NCBI GenBank assembly: GCA_963666115.2
Contig: CAXXET010000004.1
Location: 448,001-512,000, forward strand
Source of the DNA: Dehalococcoidia bacterium
GTDB lineage: Bacteria > Chloroflexota > Dehalococcoidia > UBA6926
Direction of reading: 5' to 3'
DNA length: 64,000 nucleotides
Part shown: positions 58,946-64,000 of the stretch, piece after piece
How the letters are laid out: the number at the start of each line of letters is the position of its first letter
How positions within the stretch are numbered: the first letter of the stretch is position 1
Notes under the pieces: model-generated
What the model was told of the DNA's origin: nothing
Database searches by the model: none
The model's input: only the letters and a program-made list of their open reading frames with translations
Translations under genes and position numbers: made by a program

Positions 58946-58971
58946 GATTCCCGCTTTCGCGGGAATGACGG
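58946..58971. repeat. REP-like palindrome type A flanked by 18-bp direct repeats
   Basis: Identical to 14511-14536; TGGC(A/G)GGCCAGGTGTAGG at 58924-58941 and 58978-58995. Confidence 0.75.
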
Positions 58972-59002
58972 GTTGGCTGGCGGGCCAGGTGTAGGCGGGC
59001 TT

Positions 59003-59506
59003 TTACTCGACTGCGTTGACGGTGAAGCCCAGCTTGCCGGCGGGGATGTCGATCTCGAAGGTATCGCCCTTCTTCTTGCCGATCAGCGCGCCGCCGACGG
59101 GCGACTCATTGGAGATGCGGCCGCGCGCGGCGTCCGCCTCCGCCCGGCCAACGATGGTCCAGCGCTCCTCCTGGCCGTCGGAATCGACAACCACCACGGT
59201 TGAGCCGACGCGAACCTGGCCGTCATCCTGATCACCCTGATCCTCGATGATGACGGCCCGCCGCACGTTGTCTTCAAGCTGGCGGATGCGCCCCTCGAGA
59301 AAGGCCTGCTCATTCTTTGCGGCGTCGTACTGCGCGCTGTCTGTGATGTCGCCAAGCTCCTTGGCGCGCTGGATCATCTCCGCAACCTCGGGCCGGCGAA
59401 TGGTGCGGAGCTCTTCAAGCTCCTCCTTCATCCGCTCCAGTCCCTCGGCGCTGATATACACGCTGTTGTCTGTCGATGCGCTGTCAGTAGTCATATCAAA
59501 CTCCAT
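59003..59506 (-). CDS. greA: Transcription elongation factor GreA
   Basis: RRPEVAEMIQRAKELGDITDSAQYDAAK, ISNESPVG. Confidence 0.94.
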   Translation of the reverse strand: MEFDMTTDSASTDNSVYISAEGLERMKEELEELRTIRRPEVAEMIQRAKELGDITDSAQYDAAKNEQAFLEGRIRQLEDNVRRAVIIEDQGDQDDGQVRVGSTVVVVDSDGQEERWTIVGRAEADAARGRISNESPVGGALIGKKKGDTFEIDIPAGKLGFTVNAVE

Positions 59507-59530
59507 TCTGAGAGTTGGCTATACAGTGTA

Positions 59531-60853
59531 CTAGTCTTCAAGCTGTCCTGCCAGAGAGTTGAGCACGATTCCAGTGGCAACCTTCGGGAAGAAGTAGGTT
59601 GACTTGGGCGGCAGGCGCTCGCCGGCCTCCGCCGCCTCTGTCATATCCGCCATGCTCACCGCCTGCAGGAGAAAGCCGGCGTCACAGCCGCCCGCGCGAA
59701 CGACGCGTATGCCCTCCGCAGCGTCACGCGGGTAGGACAGCCAACCGCGATCCTCCGCCTCATGCTGGTCTGCGCCCACCCCGTGCGTGAGCAGCACGTC
59801 CAGGAAAACACAGGGGCCAAGCCGTCCCCACGCCTCCGATTCTCCCGACAGCAGCCCCTCGAAGATGCCGGGCTCCAGGGGGCGGAGCAGTTTGAGGACA
59901 TCGCCGGGCGGCTCAAGCAGCGCCATGATCGGCGCATCGTCCGCCTCGATTGCCGACGCGAATCTCTCAGCCGCTGCGGCATCGGACAGGCCGGCGATGG
60001 TGATTTTTTCCGCGCTGAAATACGTTTCCACCTGCCGCATCAGCCGCGACCGGGCATCGTCCGGCAGCCCCTGGACCAGACGATGGTAGGGAAGGCTGAC
60101 CAGGCCCGGGTCATCGAGGGACGTCAGCGCGGCCAGGATGTACGCGGCGGCGTCCTCGCCGTCCTCCGCCCCGCCGGGCTGCCGGCCACGGTACGTTAGC
60201 GCCGTCTCATAGCGGTGATGGCCGTCCGCGACGAACAGGGGGCCGGACACTCCAAGCCTGATTCCCCCAACCTCTCCCGGGTCAGACACGTGCCAGATGT
60301 CATACTCGTCCCCGGCAAGGTCTGTGAACGACGTGTCCGGCGGGCGCGACGATATGGCCCGGAGCAGCATTCGAACCGCGCCGCCATCGTCCTCATACAA
60401 CGCCATGATTGGGCTGATGTTTGCGTGAAGCGCATCCATCAGCATGAGGCGGTCGCGCTTGGCGGCCTCATGCGTGTGCTCATGCGGCAGCGCGGAGCCG
60501 TGCTCCCATTGCGCCAACCGGACCGCGCCCAGGATTTCGAAGCGACGGGTCTTTGCGCCGCCGAGCGTGAACGTGTGGCGAACCAGATAGAAATGCGCAG
60601 TCTCATCGCGCTGTAGGAATCCGCTTGCCGTCCACTCATTCCACGTCCTGCTCGCCGAACCGTACGGATCGGCCGGGTCCACGGCGGACGGCAGTTCGAG
60701 CCGGATGACGTTGTGCGGGCTGGCGTCAAGCAGGCGTTCGACGTCAGACGGGGCGATGACGTCATAGGGCGGCGCGGCAAGAGCGTCCAGCCCCCCCGCG
60801 CGGGTTGTATCGTAGCGCCAGCCGCGAAAAGGACGAAAGAGAGCTCCTGCCAC
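59531..60853 (-). CDS. DUF1015 family protein
   Basis: RPFRGWRY, APPYDVI, PHEHT, ADGHHRYETA, LPPKSTYFFPK. Confidence 0.88.
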   Translation of the reverse strand: MAGALFRPFRGWRYDTTRAGGLDALAAPPYDVIAPSDVERLLDASPHNVIRLELPSAVDPADPYGSASRTWNEWTASGFLQRDETAHFYLVRHTFTLGGAKTRRFEILGAVRLAQWEHGSALPHEHTHEAAKRDRLMLMDALHANISPIMALYEDDGGAVRMLLRAISSRPPDTSFTDLAGDEYDIWHVSDPGEVGGIRLGVSGPLFVADGHHRYETALTYRGRQPGGAEDGEDAAAYILAALTSLDDPGLVSLPYHRLVQGLPDDARSRLMRQVETYFSAEKITIAGLSDAAAAERFASAIEADDAPIMALLEPPGDVLKLLRPLEPGIFEGLLSGESEAWGRLGPCVFLDVLLTHGVGADQHEAEDRGWLSYPRDAAEGIRVVRAGGCDAGFLLQAVSMADMTEAAEAGERLPPKSTYFFPKVATGIVLNSLAGQLED

Positions 60854-60854
60854 C

Positions 60855-61682
60855 CTATGTCGCCTCCAGGATGCCGCCGGAGACCTCATCCTGCCCCTTT
60901 GCCCGCAGCACCGCCGACACAAGTTCCGGCAGGGCCTCTCCGGTCGGAGCGCGGACGACGATGTCGCACGCCTCCGTGAGAGCCGTCTCTTCCGGGTTGA
61001 TCTCAATGAGCGTCGCGCCGTTCAGCCGCCGCGCCACTTCCGGGAGGGCGGCGGCGGGGTACACGACCGCCGACGTGCCCAGGATCAGGACGCAGTCGCT
61101 CAGCGCGGCCTCCTCCTGGCAGCGCCGGAGAACGTCCGGCGGGATCGGCTCACCGAACATGACCGTGTCCGTCTTGAGGAAACCTTCACAATCCGAGTCC
61201 GGGCACCGGGGCGGCAGCCTATCCAGCGGAATCTCCTCACGTGTATAGCGTTTCACGCACTCAATGCAGCGGATCAACGTGTGGTTGCCGTGGATCTCGG
61301 AGATGTTCTCGCTGCCGGCGGCGCGGTGGAGGTTGTCGACGTTCTGCGTCACAAGGTGGCGCAGCGCGCCCATGCGCTCCAGGTCGACCAGCGCGTAATG
61401 GCCGGGATTCGGCTGGGCAGACTCCAGCGCCTCGCGCATTTCCGGCATCTGGTTGTCGTTCAGCCGCTCCTCCCACCACTGCTGCGGGTCCCGGAGGAAC
61501 CGTTGATAGCCGAGGTTGTCCGGCTCGCCGTACTTCTTCCAGAGGCCGCCGGGGCCGCGAAACGTCGGGATGCCGCTCTCGGCGGACATGCCCGCGCCGG
61601 CAAGCGCGGTAACGTACGTGGCCTCCACAATGGTCTGCGCGGCGTCCTCCAGGGCGGCTCGCACCGAGTCAGAAAGCGTCAT
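60855..61682 (-). CDS. cobB: NAD-dependent deacylase (sirtuin, CobB-like)
   Basis: GAGMSAESGIPTFRG, TQNVDNLH, EIHG, GTSAVVYPAA, EIN. Confidence 0.9.
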   Translation of the reverse strand: MTLSDSVRAALEDAAQTIVEATYVTALAGAGMSAESGIPTFRGPGGLWKKYGEPDNLGYQRFLRDPQQWWEERLNDNQMPEMREALESAQPNPGHYALVDLERMGALRHLVTQNVDNLHRAAGSENISEIHGNHTLIRCIECVKRYTREEIPLDRLPPRCPDSDCEGFLKTDTVMFGEPIPPDVLRRCQEEAALSDCVLILGTSAVVYPAAALPEVARRLNGATLIEINPEETALTEACDIVVRAPTGEALPELVSAVLRAKGQDEVSGGILEAT

Positions 61683-61728
61683 GTGATCACACCGTTCTCT
61701 TGGGGGCTGTCCAGTGATTATAGGCGTG

Positions 61729-64000
61729 CTAGACGCGCGCTGCCGACTGATTGATCCGCTGCTCCAGCCGTTCGGTGTCCTGCTCTGACAGGTTAAAGTA
61801 CTTCGCCTGCGGGTGGTGGAAGACGAGCGCGCTGACCGAGCCCTCCGGTTCCATCATCATCTCCTCTGTGAGGTTGACCCCAAGCGTTTCTGCCGGATTG
61901 AGGAGCCGCCACAGGATTTCCTGGTCCTCCAGCCTGGGACAGGCAGGATACCCGAACGAGTATCGCTTGCCCCGGTAGGCGGCGCGGAACAAGTCCGGCT
62001 TCGTGATGTCTTCCGGATCAGCGAATCCCCACATGGCGCGCATTCGCTGGTGGAGCAACTCTGCGAAACCCTCTGCGCCCTCCAGCGCCAGCACCTGCAG
62101 GATGTGTGAATCGAGGTACTCGCCCGTGTTCTTCCACTCGTCGGCCAGGGCGCGGACGCCCGGCCCAACCGTCGTGACAAACGCGCCCAGGTAGTCCGGC
62201 GCGCCGTCCGGGCGCACATAGTCCGCGAGGCTCAGGCCCTCCCCGGCGGCCTGTCTGCCGAATTGCAGCCTTTCCAGCGCGTGCCCCCCGTCCGGCGACA
62301 GGATCAGGACATCATCGCCGTCACGCACGGCGCGGAAGAACCTGAACACCGCAGATGCGCGGATATCGCCGCGTGACGCCATCTCCCTCTGAACACGGAT
62401 GACACGCTCATGCAGCTCAACCGCCCGCTCGTTGCCGCCTTCCAGGTCATCGAGGAAGCGGCCCCGGTATCCCAGGTGCCGGACATAGAGCATGGTCGGG
62501 TTGATGTACGAGAAGATTTCGTCCAGGTCGTGATCCAACACTGCGTGCTCGATCAGGTCCGGCGGGCGGGGGGGCGCATCGACGGGCGCGATGACTGCGG
62601 GCGCGCGGCCGTCAGGCGACGGCGCGGCGGAACGAGCCGCGTCCTGGTCGCGCAGGGTATCCGTCTCCACCCGCAGCGCATCCTCAAGCCGGTTCCTGTC
62701 CTCCCGCGAGCGGATGCGGTTGGCAAGGTCGAGCCCCGTCATGGCGTCCTGTGCATACGCGACAAGCCCCTCATATTCAGGCGCGATGCGCAGCCGTGTA
62801 AACCGGTTGCTCAACGCCGCGCCGCCGACAAGGATAGGCACATCAACACCCGCCTCCGTGAAATCACGCACAGTCTCAACCATCATCTGCGCGGACTTCA
62901 CCAGGAGGCCGGACAGGCCGATCATGTCCGGCCTGTGCTCGTGAAACGCCTCGATCAATTCGCCCGGCGGCACCTTGATGCCGCGGTTGATCACGCGGTA
63001 GCCGTTGTTGGACAGGATGATATCCACGAGGTTCTTGCCGATGTCATGCACGTCGCCCTTGACGGTGGCGAGCAGCACCTTGCCGCGAGAACTCGTCTCC
63101 GTCGTTTCCATGTGCGGCTCAAGATGCGCGACGGCGGCTTTCATCACCTCCGCCGATTCAAGCACTTCCGCGACAATGAGTTCGTTGGCCGCAAACAGCC
63201 GCCCGACCTCGTCCATGCCGTCCATCAGGGGGCCGTTGATGATTTCCAGCGGCGGGCGTCCCTCAAGGGCCGTGTCGAGATCCGGCGTCATACCTTCGCG
63301 CGTGCCCTCAACAACGCGCCTCGCAATGCGCTCATCCAGGGACAACCCTTCCATGCGGTCAACGCCCTGCTCGGCGGCGGATGCACGCTGCTCGCGGAAG
63401 TGGGCGGCAAAGGCGGCGATGGGATCATCGCCTCGCCAGAAGATTAGGTCGTCGCACAACTCACGCTCTTCGTCCGAGAGCGCCGCATAACGTACCAGGC
63501 CGCCCGTATTCACGATTGCGCTGTCAAGTCCCGCCTGCACGCAGTGGTACAGCATGACCGCGTTCAGCGCCTCACGGCCTGCCTGCGGCAGCCCGAACGA
63601 GACGTTGGAGATGCCGAGCGTCGTCTTGGCAAGCGGTAGCTCTTGCTTGATCAGCCGGATGCCCTCAATGGTCTCAACCGCCGAGCCGATGTAGTTCTCG
63701 TCGCCGGTGCCGACGGGAAACGTCAGCGCGTCAAAGATGATGTCTTCACCGCGCAAGCCGTACTTCTCCGTGAGCAGCCGGTACGAGCGTTGCGCGATTT
63801 CCAGCTTGCGCTCGCGCGTAATTGCCTGCGCCTGCTCCCGGTCATCGTCGATGCAGCCAACGATGACCGCCGCGCCGTAGCGGCGGGCAAGCGGCGCGAC
63901 GGCGGCAAAGCGCTCCTCGCCATCCTCCAGGTTGATGGAGTTGATGATTGATTTGCCCTGCGTGCGCTTCAGCGCCTCCTCGATGACGCTGACATCCGTT
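61729..64000 (-). CDS. metH: Cobalamin-dependent methionine synthase (5' part outside window)
   Basis: INSINLEDGEE, GISNVSFG, KGDVHDIGKN, SGLL, RYSFGYPACP. Confidence 0.96.
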   Translation of the reverse strand, partial: TDVSVIEEALKRTQGKSIINSINLEDGEERFAAVAPLARRYGAAVIVGCIDDDREQAQAITRERKLEIAQRSYRLLTEKYGLRGEDIIFDALTFPVGTGDENYIGSAVETIEGIRLIKQELPLAKTTLGISNVSFGLPQAGREALNAVMLYHCVQAGLDSAIVNTGGLVRYAALSDEERELCDDLIFWRGDDPIAAFAAHFREQRASAAEQGVDRMEGLSLDERIARRVVEGTREGMTPDLDTALEGRPPLEIINGPLMDGMDEVGRLFAANELIVAEVLESAEVMKAAVAHLEPHMETTETSSRGKVLLATVKGDVHDIGKNLVDIILSNNGYRVINRGIKVPPGELIEAFHEHRPDMIGLSGLLVKSAQMMVETVRDFTEAGVDVPILVGGAALSNRFTRLRIAPEYEGLVAYAQDAMTGLDLANRIRSREDRNRLEDALRVETDTLRDQDAARSAAPSPDGRAPAVIAPVDAPPRPPDLIEHAVLDHDLDEIFSYINPTMLYVRHLGYRGRFLDDLEGGNERAVELHERVIRVQREMASRGDIRASAVFRFFRAVRDGDDVLILSPDGGHALERLQFGRQAAGEGLSLADYVRPDGAPDYLGAFVTTVGPGVRALADEWKNTGEYLDSHILQVLALEGAEGFAELLHQRMRAMWGFADPEDITKPDLFRAAYRGKRYSFGYPACPRLEDQEILWRLLNPAETLGVNLTEEMMMEPEGSVSALVFHHPQAKYFNLSEQDTERLEQRINQSAARV

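Overview
GC-rich bacterial chromosome segment, probably Chloroflexota/Dehalococcoidia-like (inference from SecY N-terminus, GuaB3 and PT-rich lipoproteins). 1-14.5 kb is the S10(distal)-spc-alpha ribosomal protein supercluster, rpsC to rpsI, with secY, adk, map, infA, rpoA and truA. 14.6-18.1 kb holds three consecutive genes (phosphohexomutase, AcuC/HDAC, MBL-fold hydrolase) broken by many single-base indels, probably sequencing error. Metabolic genes and two ABC importers (ProVWX-like, AapJQMP-like) follow. 34.5-39.5 kb is a lower-GC, tightly overlapping six-gene operon: acyl-carrier-like protein, XRE HTH, ImmA/IrrE metallopeptidase, divergent thymidylate-synthase (TS)-like protein, dTMP-kinase/5-hmdU-kinase helical-domain fusion, and a TS/dUMP-hydroxymethylase-like enzyme. 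It sits behind a near-consensus sigma70 promoter overlapped by palindromic operators, and is a candidate inducible pyrimidine-modification or antiphage system. Next come tandem RCC1-repeat lipoproteins, tRNA-Ala(UGC), an unlisted 44-aa prepilin-like peptide, sufCSU, a RelA/SpoT-domain gene, fumC, proA and proB separated by an ATPase+DUF4276-like pair, recF and a DUF433/PIN TA pair. A CoA-transferase alpha subunit carries an in-frame UGA followed by a SECIS-like hairpin (likely selenoprotein). The window ends with guaB3, greA, DUF1015, a sirtuin and partial metH. All family calls are from motif recognition; no database searches were run.
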